DNA of 63,522 nt, filler included, from Octopus bimaculoides (taxonomy: Eukaryota), in assembly GCF_001194135.2 (NCBI RefSeq). It is 5 parts of 5 records of this genome, joined end to end, with 100 filler letters (N's around TTAATTAATTAA, not from the genome) between each part and the next. Parts side by side here need not be neighbours in the genome. Positions count along the whole stretch, not along the records: positions 1 to 20,419 come from NC_068992.1; 4 more parts are not named here. One strand, written 5' to 3'. The notes beneath the pieces were generated by a model. That model saw nothing but the letters and a program-made list of their open reading frames with translations, had not been told where the DNA came from and ran no database searches. The position numbers were made by a program, and so were the translations under genes. Positions within the stretch are counted from its first letter, which is position 1; every line of letters begins with the position of its first letter. Below, one piece after another: positions 1 through 12,333 of this stretch.

Positions 1-52
<52 letters not shown>

Positions 53-55
53 ATA

Positions 56-915
56 CAGATAGGGTGTTTCAAAACATCTAATATCATTTGAGATGTAAGT
101 CTCACAGAAACTACATAGTCAAAGCAAATGATACTAAACAGGCTCAGTGTTGAACAGCATAAGATTTACTCCTCCAAATTTGAATGAGAAATTCGAAGGT
201 ATGTGGATTCCATGAACGATTTCACAAATGTTCAATGTGCACGCTGCCTAAGACAAGGCTCACGTCAAGTCGGTTGTCCAGCTCCTCTCAAGCACACTGC
301 AGCATGTCTTGGGTAACTGTCTCCAGTGCTGTAGTGATTCTCTGCTCGAGTTCCATTATGTTTGCAGGAAAAGGGAGGACATAGACCAGGCCCTTCACAC
401 AGCCCCATGTTTTGCTTTCACTTTTCATCTGCCATTATGGCTTGAACAAGCTGCAGCTTGTAGGGTTTCATTAGCAAGTGTTTCCTCAGTATGCACCAAA
501 CTGTTGTTGGAGGAACCTAGGTTTCCAGACTTGCCTTTCTTATGGACATCTTTGGGTTTCACAAGAGTTATTAGCAAACCCACTCAAATGTCTCTTCCGA
601 TGTTACTGGTCGTCCAGATCCTTTTGGCCTACACAGACGGCATTCCACTTTGAAATGTTTGTGCCATGTCAAAATCTGCATTGCTGTTGGTGACTTTTTA
701 GAGAACTCTCAAAAATGCATGCTGCACAGTCTGGATCAGCTGTGTTTGAGCATATTCCGACACACAAAACGCCTTTTCTATTCTAGTGAATGTCATTTCT
801 ATACCCAAAAAGATAAGCATATCAAATATTAGACATAGAATTTCAACCTGTTCCTACACAATCTGTTAAAGATATTAGATTACAAAATAATATCAAATTC
901 TTTTAAAACACACTG
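56..915 (-). mobile_element. Tc1/mariner-superfamily DNA transposon, internally deleted (rosa/maT-like HTH N-terminus)
   Basis: Imperfect TIRs CAG(ATA)GGGTGTTTCAAAA at 56 and TTTTAAAACACACTG ending at 915, with TA on both flanks inside (TA)n tracts. Internal minus-strand transposase remnant. Confidence 0.8.
222..796 (-). pseudogene. Transposase remnant: HTH domain joined to the C-terminal tail, catalytic core deleted
   Basis: Manual translation with frameshifts: MTFTRIEKAFCVSEYAQTQLIQTVQHAF...KGSGRPVTSEET...SIRKASLE..PPTTVWCILRKHLLMKPYKLQLVQA, then a jump near 413 to WGCVKGLVYVLPFPANIMELEQRITTALETVTQDMLQ..EELDNRLD..HIEHL*. Confidence 0.8.
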
Positions 916-949
916 TAGATATATATATATATATATATCTGTGTGTGTA

Positions 950-996
<47 letters not shown>

Positions 997-1965
997 NNNN
1001 NNNNNNNNNNNNNNNNNNNNNNNNNNNNNNNNNNNNNNNNNNNNNNNNNNNNNNNNNNNNNNNNNNNNNNNNNNNNNNNNNNNNNNNNNNNNNNNNNNNN
1101 NNNNNNNNNNNNNNNNNNNNNNNNNNNNNNNNNNNNNNNNNNNNNNNNNNNNNNNNNNNNNNNNNNNNNNNNNNNNNNNNNNNNNNNNNNNNNNNNNNNN
1201 NNNNNNNNNNNNNNNNNNNNNNNNNNNNNNNNNNNNNNNNNNNNNNNNNNNNNNNNNNNNNNNNNNNNNNNNNNNNNNNNNNNNNNNNNNNNNNNNNNNN
1301 NNNNNNNNNNNNNNNNNNNNNNNNNNNNNNNNNNNNNNNNNNNNNNNNNNNNNNNNNNNNNNNNNNNNNNNNNNNNNNNNNNNNNNNNNNNNNNNNNNNN
1401 NNNNNNNNNNNNNNNNNNNNNNNNNNNNNNNNNNNNNNNNNNNNNNNNNNNNNNNNNNNNNNNNNNNNNNNNNNNNNNNNNNNNNNNNNNNNNNNNNNNN
1501 NNNNNNNNNNNNNNNNNNNNNNNNNNNNNNNNNNNNNNNNNNNNNNNNNNNNNNNNNNNNNNNNNNNNNNNNNNNNNNNNNNNNNNNNNNNNNNNNNNNN
1601 NNNNNNNNNNNNNNNNNNNNNNNNNNNNNNNNNNNNNNNNNNNNNNNNNNNNNNNNNNNNNNNNNNNNNNNNNNNNNNNNNNNNNNNNNNNNNNNNNNNN
1701 NNNNNNNNNNNNNNNNNNNNNNNNNNNNNNNNNNNNNNNNNNNNNNNNNNNNNNNNNNNNNNNNNNNNNNNNNNNNNNNNNNNNNNNNNNNNNNNNNNNN
1801 NNNNNNNNNNNNNNNNNNNNNNNNNNNNNNNNNNNNNNNNNNNNNNNNNNNNNNNNNNNNNNNNNNNNNNNNNNNNNNNNNNNNNNNNNNNNNNNNNNNN
1901 NNNNNNNNNNNNNNNNNNNNNNNNNNNNNNNNNNNNNNNNNNNNNNNNNNNNNNNNNNNNNNNNN

Positions 1966-1999
<34 letters not shown>

Positions 2000-2021
2000 T
2001 ATACAGATATATATATATATT

Positions 2022-2170
2022 TACATATATGGGGTAGAATTCACTCAAAAAATCAAAAGACGAATACAGGTGTGTAAACAACAAACAGATGTATTAGTTT
2101 AACGCTCGGGAAGTGAGAAAGTCTCTAATGTTTCAAGCCTACCCTTTTCGACAGAAAGGAACACAGAAAC
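2022..2170. repeat. Interspersed repeat, Penelope-like terminal fragment (also at 60523-60645 and 61678-61805)
   Basis: Three similar copies on two scaffolds share AAAAGACGAA..ACAGGTGT..GTATTAGTTT.ACGCTCGGGAAG..AAAGTCT..CTCTTCGAC. The family assignment is from recall of Penelope-type termini. Confidence 0.45.
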
Positions 2171-2784
2171 AAACACAGAGAGGAAATTAAAAGGGTTTAG
2201 TGGCTAGCAATCTATCATGGCGAATATCAGAGAGAGGGATCAGACAGGAGAGCTAGGACGAAAGGGAGGTAATAAAGTAGTGGTAATCCCCAAACGAACA
2301 TGCGTATGTATGTGTATGGGATGGGAGCTGGTGACCTTGACATGTGCATGTGTACACTTGTGGATGGTGGTGTGAGTGCTGGGAAGTGGTCACTGCTAAT
2401 GTGTGTGTGGGGTGGTGTGGTGTGTGTTGTGGCAAGATATGGTGTGAGATGTGGTGACATATATATATATATATATATACACAGGTATATATGTATGTAT
2501 ATGTATACAGATATATAAATATATATACATAGATATATATATATATATATATACAGATATGTATATATGTAAATATATACTTACATATAAGAGACCAAAA
2601 TGTATGTATGCCGCTATATGTTTTATATATAAAAAAATCCAAAATGGTACAAGAACGCAAAACATCCAGATAGACGATACAAAGAAAACAAGGATGGGTC
2701 ATTCGGAGTTTTCTTACCTCGAGTTCCAGATTATCTTTGCAATTTCAGCTATATACATATATATGTACATGCATACATGTATAT

Positions 2785-2841
<57 letters not shown>

Positions 2842-3425
2842 NNNNNNNNNNNNNNNNNNNNNNNNNNNNNNNNNNNNNNNNNNNNNNNNNNNNNNNNNNN
2901 NNNNNNNNNNNNNNNNNNNNNNNNNNNNNNNNNNNNNNNNNNNNNNNNNNNNNNNNNNNNNNNNNNNNNNNNNNNNNNNNNNNNNNNNNNNNNNNNNNNN
3001 NNNNNNNNNNNNNNNNNNNNNNNNNNNNNNNNNNNNNNNNNNNNNNNNNNNNNNNNNNNNNNNNNNNNNNNNNNNNNNNNNNNNNNNNNNNNNNNNNNNN
3101 NNNNNNNNNNNNNNNNNNNNNNNNNNNNNNNNNNNNNNNNNNNNNNNNNNNNNNNNNNNNNNNNNNNNNNNNNNNNNNNNNNNNNNNNNNNNNNNNNNNN
3201 NNNNNNNNNNNNNNNNNNNNNNNNNNNNNNNNNNNNNNNNNNNNNNNNNNNNNNNNNNNNNNNNNNNNNNNNNNNNNNNNNNNNNNNNNNNNNNNNNNNN
3301 NNNNNNNNNNNNNNNNNNNNNNNNNNNNNNNNNNNNNNNNNNNNNNNNNNNNNNNNNNNNNNNNATATATATATATATATATACCGGAGTATATATATAT
3401 ATATATATATATACATACATATATA

Positions 3426-5044
3426 CAGTGGGGGGAAATAAATATTCGTACATGTCAAAATTCTTTATTTATTTAATTTCTAATGAACATAAATGGGATA
3501 TACCAATACTATATTTGCATACACATGCATAAACTGAGAATATGCAAAAGAAACTAATAAATTATAGTAACTAATGAATTTATATAAAATTATAAATATT
3601 TAGGGGTGAAAAAAGTATTCATACAGAATAAATTTATGATTTTCTATGCCACAAAATACTGTTAAAATAATTTTCTTTTTTACTAGAACTTTCTCGTTTG
3701 TTCCAATAATCTTATCAGTGGTCATTTTTAAGTGTCAAAACTCTAGCTTCTTCATTCAACACTGAGACAACATAAAGTAGTGTCGTAAATAATGGGGAAA
3801 AGTAAAGAACTCACAAATTCAGTGAAAAACTTAATTATTGAACTGTGGAATGCAGGTAAAAGTTACAGGAAAATATCAGAGACCCTTTGTATTCCATTTT
3901 CTTCCATATCTTCATTTATTCAAAGACATAAAAAATCGAGAACTGTTGAAAACAGAATAAGATCCGGTGCACCACGCAAGATTTCCCCTAGATCTTTAAG
4001 TAAAATGAAGTTCATAGGAATGAACTGAAGTCATGCTCTCCTAGAAAAATTCCGCTGTTAACTAAAAGGCATAGAGATGCCCGTTTAAAATTTGTTTATG
4101 AACATAAAGATAAATCTGATAAAGATAAATCTGAAACCGGATGTGGTTCCTCCTGATGATGTCTTGAGCTAACTGGATCCTATAAAGGAGCTGTTGTGGT
4201 AGCAGACCACGAAACATGGTTGAAATTCCCCCTGGGAAAATGTTCTATGGACAGATGAGTTGAAAACTGAATTGTTTGGACGAAATTCACATAGCCATGT
4301 TTGAAGGAAAGATGGTACCACCTATTCACCAAAAAACACAATTCCTACTGTAAAGTTTGGAGGTGGCAACATCATTGTGTAGGGGTGTTTCTCTGCAAAT
4401 GGCACTGGCATTTTACATAGATAGATAGATGGTAGAATGAATGCAGAAATGTACCAAAATATTTTGAACAATAATTTATGGGACTCTGTAGAAAAGCTCC
4501 AGCTTTGTGAAGGGTGGGGTTTACAACAGGATAACAACCCTAAGCACACGGCGAAGTCTACCAAAAATGGATTGTCAATCACAATATAAAATTATTTGAA
4601 TGGCCAAGCCAGATCCTGAGTTGAACCCCATTGAAAATTTGTGGCGTTATTTGGAAATTAAAATTCATTCAAGAGCCCCAACGTGCATTCCAGATTTGAA
4701 GAAAATTTGTCTAGAAGAATGGGAAAAAATTCCTAAAGAAACATGCGAGTCATTGATTAAGAACTACAAGAAAAGATTGGTTGAAGTGGAACTGAATAAT
4801 GGTTATGCTACGAAGTATTTAATCAGAATTATTGGTTATTTATGTTCTGTACGAATACTTTTTTCAATCCTAAATAATTATAATTGAATATAAATTCCTT
4901 AGTTACTATAATTTATTAGTTTCTTTTGCATATTCTTAGTTTATGCATGTGTATGCGAATATAGTATTGGTATATCCCATTTATGTTCATTAGAAATTAA
5001 GTAAATAAAGAATTTTGACATGTACGAATATTTATTTCCCCCTA

Positions 5045-5047
<3 letters not shown>
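3426..5047 (+). mobile_element. Full-length but defective Tc1 (DD34E) transposon with ~205-bp IR/DR-type terminal inverted repeats
   Basis: Starts TA|CAGTGGGGGGAAATAAATATTCGTACATG and ends CATGTACGAATATTTATTTCCCCCTACTG. Arms 3426-3630 and 4845-5047 are near-identical inverted repeats. Length 1622 bp. Confidence 0.95.
3792..4822 (+). pseudogene. Tc1 transposase pseudogene
   Basis: MGKSKELTNSVKNLIIEL...GAPRKISPR, SPRKIPLLTKRHRDARLKF, WENVLWTDE, TVKFGGGNI, LQQDNNPKH, WPSQ-PELNPIENLW, GYATKY. D-to-E spacing reconstructs to 34. Several stops, frameshifts, deletions and one insertion. Confidence 0.93.
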
Positions 5048-5078
<31 letters not shown>

Positions 5079-5852
5079 NNNNNNNNNNNNNNNNNNNNNN
5101 NNNNNNNNNNNNNNNNNNNNNNNNNNNNNNNNNNNNNNNNNNNNNNNNNNNNNNNNNNNNNNNNNNNNNNNNNNNNNNNNNNNNNNNNNNNNNNNNNNNN
5201 NNNNNNNNNNNNNNNNNNNNNNNNNNNNNNNNNNNNNNNNNNNNNNNNNNNNNNNNNNNNNNNNNNNNNNNNNNNNNNNNNNNNNNNNNNNNNNNNNNNN
5301 NNNNNNNNNNNNNNNNNNNNNNNNNNNNNNNNNNNNNNNNNNNNNNNNNNNNNNNNNNNNNNNNNNNNNNNNNNNNNNNNNNNNNNNNNNNNNNNNNNNN
5401 NNNNNNNNNNNNNNNNNNNNNNNNNNNNNNNNNNNNNNNNNNNNNNNNNNNNNNNNNNNNNNNNNNNNNNNNNNNNNNNNNNNNNNNNNNNNNNNNNNNN
5501 NNNNNNNNNNNNNNNNNNNNNNNNNNNNNNNNNNNNNNNNNNNNNNNNNNNNNNNNNNNNNNNNNNNNNNNNNNNNNNNNNNNNNNNNNNNNNNNNNNNN
5601 NNNNNNNNNNNNNNNNNNNNNNNNNNNNNNNNNNNNNNNNNNNNNNNNNNNNNNNNNNNNNNNNNNNNNNNNNNNNNNNNNNNNNNNNNNNNNNNNNNNN
5701 NNNNNNNNNNNNNNNNNNNNNNNNNNNNNNNNNNNNNNNNNNNNNNNNNNNNNNNNNNNNNNNNNNNNNNNNNNNNNNNNNNNNNNNNNNNNNNNNNNNN
5801 NNNNNNNNNNNNNNNNNNNNNNNNNNNNNNNNNNNNNNNNNNNNNNNNNNNN

Positions 5853-5903
<51 letters not shown>

Positions 5904-5997
5904 TGTATATATGTATTGAATTGAACAAATTTCAGTTAGCAAACTGTGGCTAGGCTGGGGCACTACCATTTGATGTTGCTATATAATTTTTACTTCT

Positions 5998-6665
5998 CTA
6001 ATTCATTTTGGAACTTGACATTTGGTGCATGACGGAGTTTGATGCTGCTGTCCTAATTTGCACTTCTTGTGGTGAAGTTGGTTCATCTGGTACTCTTGAC
6101 AGTAAGGGATTTAGTTTCATTTTGAAGACACCTACATCCACCCCATGCAGGTCTGTCAGACCCTTTGGGAGAATGTTGAAGAATTGTGGTTCTTGAAAGC
6201 TCAGTTTGTTGCAATATTTCTTTCTACATGTTGATGGCAAAGTTGGAGTCTATGGTACTATGTAGTGGCACTCTGTCCTAGCATTAATGTAAGTCTCAAT
6301 GCCAAAGTTTGGGACATGACCCTCCAGGATTTTCCAGATGTATATTAGGGCATATCTTTTCCACTTACTCTCCAGGGAATAGAATCTCAATCTCTTGAGT
6401 CTTTTCAAGTAGGCTATATGCTGCATAGAGACTATCTTCTTCGTATAGTTTTATTGAATTGCCTCAAGTTCTGCAATAAATTTTACACTAGTTGGTGATT
6501 ATAGCTGGGAGCAATAGTCAAAGCCACTTCAGGCAAATGCTCTCTGGAGGACCATCATGTTTTCCTGATCTCTTATTTTAAGAGTTCTAAGAATCCATCC
6601 AATTAACCACTTGCATTTCATTGGCATCTTAGCAACATGCACATGGAAGGATGCATCATTACTCA
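5998..6665 (-). mobile_element. CR1/L2-like LINE, 3' end of ORF2 (degenerate)
   Basis: Minus-strand fragments: GWILRTLKIRDQENMMVL..FDYCSQL*SPTSVKFIAELEAIQ..KRLKRLRFYSLE..YALIYIWKILEGHVPNFG..FNILPKGLTDLHGVDVGVFKMKL, typical of the CR1 post-RT region. Confidence 0.85.
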
Positions 6666-7472
6666 TGTAAATGTGTGTGTGGATATATGTATATATAGAT
6701 AGATAGATATTGAGGTTATGAGAGGTAATGGTGTCAAATAATGCCAAGTAAGTGCTATGGACAGACTATTGTTAAGCTCCAGGTTCGGTGATTATGCGAA
6801 TGAGTCCAAAGTAGGTAATATATTAGTGTGCATATATATAAAAAATTAACAGAATGAGATAAAAATCCAAGGCTGTGAAGGATTTCAGAACATTTATTAA
6901 GAGAAGGTCTTACAGCTGTTTTCGGGATATTTTATATATCTCAGAGACGGTGCGAGAAACAGGTTAAGCAAGAGTTATTCTAGAGAAGATATGAAATAGA
7001 GAGTGAAGTGGAGGAATGAAAACAGACATGAGATATGCAGGGATGTTGTATCGGCAGTTCCATTGTTTAAGCAGAACGGTATACATATAAGTTTCGTGTA
7101 CCTTGTGTGTAAGTTCCAATAGTATTTAAAATTGATCATTCCAAGCATAGAGTTTGTACATGGTGTTATTGGATCGATCCAATAACACCGACTCTCCCCC
7201 CCCCACACACACACACACATGCACACATATATACACATACACACACTTGCATATAATTGCGCACACACACACATACATTATACTTCCATATATATGTGTG
7301 TGTGTGTATATTATAATTAAGGGTATCTAAAAGATACCACCATGCTAGAGATAGCAGTCAAAACTTGACTCTAAAATCACATCATGTATTCATACAGTAC
7401 CAGGAGAAACAACAAATAGACAAATATGATCGGCATTTCAAATTACGATTTATCATTATTTATATGTGTGTG

Positions 7473-7518
<46 letters not shown>

Positions 7519-7709
7519 TATATGTACATATACATATATCTATATGAATGTACATACACGTGTATGCGTATATATGTAAGTTTGTGTGTGTGTGTGCATA
7601 AATATATATTCTTCTTTTACACATTTCAGTCACTTGACTGTAGCCATACTGGAGCACCACCTTTTGCATGAATTTCATATCATAATTGTGTCAATATTTT
7701 ATGACTGCA

Positions 7710-7918
7710 GAAGGCAATGAGCTGCCAGAATTGTTAGCATACTTGGCAAAATGCTGAGGGGTCCGTCTTTATGTTTTGAGTTCAAATTTTACCAATGTAA
7801 CTCAGCCTTTCATTCTTTCAGGGTCAATAAGATAAATAGCAATCAAACACTGGTTTCCATGTACTCAAGAAACCCCAAACCCTGAAATTACCGGCCTTGT
7901 GTCAAAATTTGAAACCAA
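7710..7918 (+). mobile_element. tRNA-derived SINE family A, diverged copy
   Basis: GGCAATGAGCTGCCAGAATTGTTAGCA..GAGTTCAAATT..GCCTTTCATTCTTTCAGGGTCAATAA..GGCCTTGTG matches other copies in the window. Confidence 0.75.
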
Positions 7919-8544
7919 TATTTTATGATTACAGATTTCATTATTCTTATTTTGTAAATTATCAGCTCCAAATGTTTGAATAGATTCAAATATATATATA
8001 GCTTGTATGCATAACTGTTGCTATTCTATGGCAGTGCAGTACCTATAGTACTACATTTTAGTTGAAAAATCACTACATTTTGACTTCACTCCCCACATGT
8101 GTTCAGCTACATATGTTGTATACATCAGTTTATAATAATTGCATGAATATTCTGATAGTCACTCAAACATGTGTAAAGAAGTAAATTATTTCTAACTAAA
8201 TAATCCAGTCATGTACTTTGCGTAATATAAATATATAACTACATGAGAACACAACATATACACAAAAAAATACACATGCATATATATTACATAAATACAT
8301 ACATATATACACACACATATATATGTGTATGTGTGTATATATATATATATATATNNNNNNNNNNNNNNNNNNNNNNNNNNNNNNNNNNNNNNNNNNNNNN
8401 NNNNNNNNNNNNNNNNNNNNNNNNNNNNNNNNNNNNNNNNNNNNNNNNNNNNNNNNNNNNNNNNNNNNNNNNNNNNNNNNNNNNNNNNNNNTGTGTGTGT
8501 GTGTGTCCATATGTATGAATGTATGTATATATTTATGTATGTAT

Positions 8545-8808
8545 ATCATCATCATCATCATCATCATCATCGTTTAACATTCATCTTCCATCCATGCATG
8601 TGTGGGACGGTTGACAGGAACCAACCTGGTAGAAGACCACCCCAGACTACTGTGTCTGTTTTGCCAGGGTTTTTATGACTAGATGCCCCTTCCTAACATC
8701 AACCACTCTGCAGGGTGGATTCAGTGCTTTTTACATGACACTAGCACAGGTGAGGTTAGTTTTAGCATGATTTTTACAGCTGGATGCCCTTCCAAATGCC
8801 ACCCACCT
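8545..8808 (-). mobile_element. RTE-LINE 3' tail fragment with (CAT)n end
   Basis: (CAT)n followed by CGTTTAAC..GATGCCCTTCCTAACATCAACCAC, homologous to 14318-14520. Confidence 0.65.
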
Positions 8809-8860
<52 letters not shown>

Positions 8861-9177
8861 AATATGTATATTCATATACATATTTACACATACATTTATG
8901 TCCATTATATCTGTTTTATATAAATATATTATATATACACATTTTTATGTATATAATATGTGTTATATATATGTAATATATATCATTATCATCATCATTT
9001 AATGTCTGATAATGAAGATATGTATAATATATATCAATATTTAGCAGAAGTAACAGAGTAACTCAAGGTGTGAGAGTTTTATGCATTGACACTTATCAAA
9101 AATATACATATGCTCATATTTTAAGTTTTATTTTTCCTGTTTGCATCAAAATACCTCTGTGTGTGTATATATATATA

Positions 9178-9558
9178 CTCTTTTACTTGTATCAGTCATT
9201 TGACTGTAGCCATGCTGGAGCACCACCTTTAGTCGAGCAAATTGACCCCAGGACTTATTCTCTGTAAGCCAAGTACTTATTTTATCAGTTGTTTTGCCAA
9301 ACTGCTAAGTTACGGGGACGTAAACACAGTTGTCAAGCGATGTTAGGGGGACAAACACAGACACAAACATTTACACACACATACATGTATACGATGGGCT
9401 TCTTTTCAGTTTCCATCTACCAAATCCACTCACAAGTCTTTGGTCAGCCCAAGGCTATAGTAGAAGACACTTGCCCAAGGTGCCGCACAGTAGGACTGAA
9501 CCCTGAACTATGTTGTTAGTAAGCAAGCTACTTACGACACAGCCTCTCCTGTTGCCTT
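9178..9558 (-). mobile_element. tRNA-derived SINE family B, near full length
   Basis: Reverse complement of the 59993-60385 copy along its whole length (head, GACACTTGCCCAAGGTGCC core, internal microsatellite, GCTGGAGCACCACC tail). Confidence 0.9.
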
Positions 9559-9907
9559 ATATATATAAATATATATATATATACCGGAGTAAGCAAAACT
9601 GTCCGATGAATGGGAACGTGAAACTCTGAGTAACAGTCTTTTGTTATATTTCTGCTGCTTTTAAATAAAGTATATATATATANNNNNNNNNNNNNNNNNN
9701 NNNNNNNNNNNNNNNNNNNNNNNNNNNNNNNNNNNNNNNNNNNNNNNNNNNNNNNNNNNNNNNNNNNNNNNNNNNNNNNNNNNNNNNNNNNNNNNNNNNN
9801 NNNNNNNGTACCTGTTATCAAAGTAGCAAAATTCTCACTTGAAAAGTTGTTTATACTTTGTTTAAATATAAAGACTTTCAAATATGTGATACAATTGTGG
9901 GTGAATA

Positions 9908-10044
9908 TCAATTTAAATAAGAGCCATAATGCAATCCTATGTTTAATATCTTATGCACATTTCAATGCAAGATCTTGCATTGAAATGTGCATAGAATATT
10001 AAACAAGTTTTATTATAGGATGGCGTTATGGCTCTTATTCAAAT

Positions 10045-10047
<3 letters not shown>
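9908..10047. mobile_element. Palindromic MITE (mariner-like TIRs head-to-head), TA flanks
   Basis: Perfect 42-bp palindrome 9952-9993 centred on AGATCT. Outer arms TCAATTTAAATAAGAGCCATAA / TTATGGCTCTTATTCAAATTGA have few mismatches; TA at 9906-9907 and 10048-10049. Confidence 0.7.
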
Positions 10048-10082
<35 letters not shown>

Positions 10083-10584
10083 ACCTATAAAATACACACG
10101 TGTGTGTATGAACATATAAATGAATATATACATGGTAATAAATTAACTTTTCTGAGGCACTGAAAGAGAAATATAAGAGGACAGGAAAAGAAAAAAAGAT
10201 AAAAATTCTCATCCACTTAAAGGATGTCAGAGGGTCTCAAAGTCTAGCACTCAATGGGACAAGATGGCTGTCCCTCATTTGATAAGTGAGAGAATGAATG
10301 ACTAAATAAAATTAAGATGAGACGAAACAAAGTAAAGGCACCACCTGACAGCAAGCAAAGGGGTGCCAAGAATAGCATTTTCTATTCACTTTCTCAGCTA
10401 TAACTGAGATACAAGTATATACATTATATACTATTTGTGTGAAAAATCCTAAATCTTAAAATTTACTCTTAATTCACTCGAAGAAAATGTTCTTTTTACA
10501 TGATGTAATTGTTTTATTCATCAATAAAGAACATGTCTGAAACAGCAGTAGTGAACCTCAATCCATCTGTGTTATTGTTTATAC

Positions 10585-10821
10585 TTCACCACACTCCCTG
10601 CATTGGATCTTGAACCTATAGTGGATTGTGGAATAGGTGTCACAGTTTACTCCTGTGTATACATTGAGTATTTGGTCAATATTTGTGAATGTGTGCATAA
10701 ATGGAGGGACAAATCTGTATTTACTTTTGTAAGCACTGTATGCACTATTAGAGCATAGGTACACTATGCCCAACTCTACCTTAGTGCCTTTGTTATTCAA
10801 ATGCCTTGATTCTATTGGATC
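10585..10821 (-). CDS. Candidate internal coding exon (237 nt, phase 0/0) of an unidentified gene
   Basis: Acceptor TTTCCAG|GAT and donor GAA|GTATAA. Only one minus-strand frame is open: DPIESRHLNNKGTKVELGIVYLCSNSAYSAYKSKYRFVPPFMHTFTNIDQILNVYTGVNCDTYSTIHYRFKIQCRECGE. Complex, non-repetitive sequence. Confidence 0.5.
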
Positions 10822-11331
10822 CTGGAAATTTTATATATATATAGGCAGTGCTCCAGCATGGCCACAGTCAAATGTAGGAAACAAATAAAAGAATATATAT
10901 ATATAATAGGTCATAGGCATTGCCTTACAGTCTAAAAAAAGAAAAAATAGATATATTTAAGAATGCATGTGTTTGGATTTGTGTAATTGTATGTGTTTGT
11001 ATACATACATGTATGTGTGTGTATCTTGTCATTTGTGTATCATACTATATACACTAGTAAATAGCATGATGCTATAGGTTTTCTCTATACATGTTAGGTT
11101 AAAAACACAATATACATCAAAGTTAGGCAAACTTTTGGAAGCTGCGACTTACAAGATTATCATGCATTATGCCTTACTTCATATTTCAATATACAGGAAA
11201 CAGTGAACGTGCTAGGCTGTGCACTTAGTGAACAGCTTGGTGATTGTCAATATATACTTGTGTGTGTATATATGTATATATACACACACACATACACATA
11301 TGCATATATGTACATGTTTGTGTATGTGTGA

Positions 11332-11368
<37 letters not shown>

Positions 11369-12333
11369 CATCCATATTCAGACACACACTCACATGCACA
11401 GGTGTATTATATATTTTTTGTATTTATGAAAGAGAACACAAAAACATCAAAATAGCCATCCAGGCATTCTCAAAAGATTTAAAAATACAGATCACTTGTC
11501 CTTGATTAATTTTAATTTAAAAGAAATGTAAAATACAGAGGCTGGAGAAGATGAGTGCAAAGTTATTGACTACAAAAAGTAAAACATAATTTGATTACTG
11601 CAATGGCAGAAACATTAAACACTTAAGTGTAAATGCAAGTGTATACGAACTATATTACACAGTCAATTTTCATCCTGATCTTTTACTAGACTTTAATTTT
11701 ATTTTGTGATCAGTTTTTATTTTTGTTTTTAAAACATAGATAAAAGTGGGGTCAGCTAAGGCTTTATAGCCTCATCTGATCATCTTAAACTGGTGGGTTG
11801 AAAGAGTTACTGAGTGAAATTGTTGTGAAGTACCTATTCTGGATGTACATAGTTACCACAATAGGTTTTGAGAAAAAAAGTCAAGTGAACATAAGTGAAG
11901 CTCCTGTGCTTTTTGCTTCCAGTTCAAATACTGCTCTACGAATGCTAGATATTGACAAGTGTACATGAATGTTTGTGTGTTTATAAGTGTATATATGTGT
12001 AAGTTACATGTAAATAACTGGATAAAATATGTATTTATAAACTGATAAACTAAGTGGAATATAATTAATGTATGTATGAAGGTATGTGTATAAGTTGACA
12101 GTATGTCTTAATGTGTATATATTTAAAGTGCAATCAATATTTGAATATAAGCATGCGTCTTCATTTACCACAAAATACACAAATGCACAATCTCACACAC
12201 ACATTATAAATGTGTGTGTATCTGTATGTATGTATATACATGCATATGTATGTATATATCTGTGTCTATGTTATGTATGTGTAAAGCAAGAAGTGAGAAA
12301 TGTAATGCATGCTATAGGGAACATAAAGCTCAC

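Noticed and set aside
3792-4887. Active transposase
   Set aside because: Multiple stops, frameshifts, deletions and an insertion. No element in the window has an intact ORF.
8040-8150. Possible downstream exon on the minus strand (YSCNYYKLMYTTYVAEHMWGVKSKCSDFSTK)
   Set aside because: Short, phase-1 acceptor incompatible with the preferred phase-0 donor at 10585, and no convincing donor.
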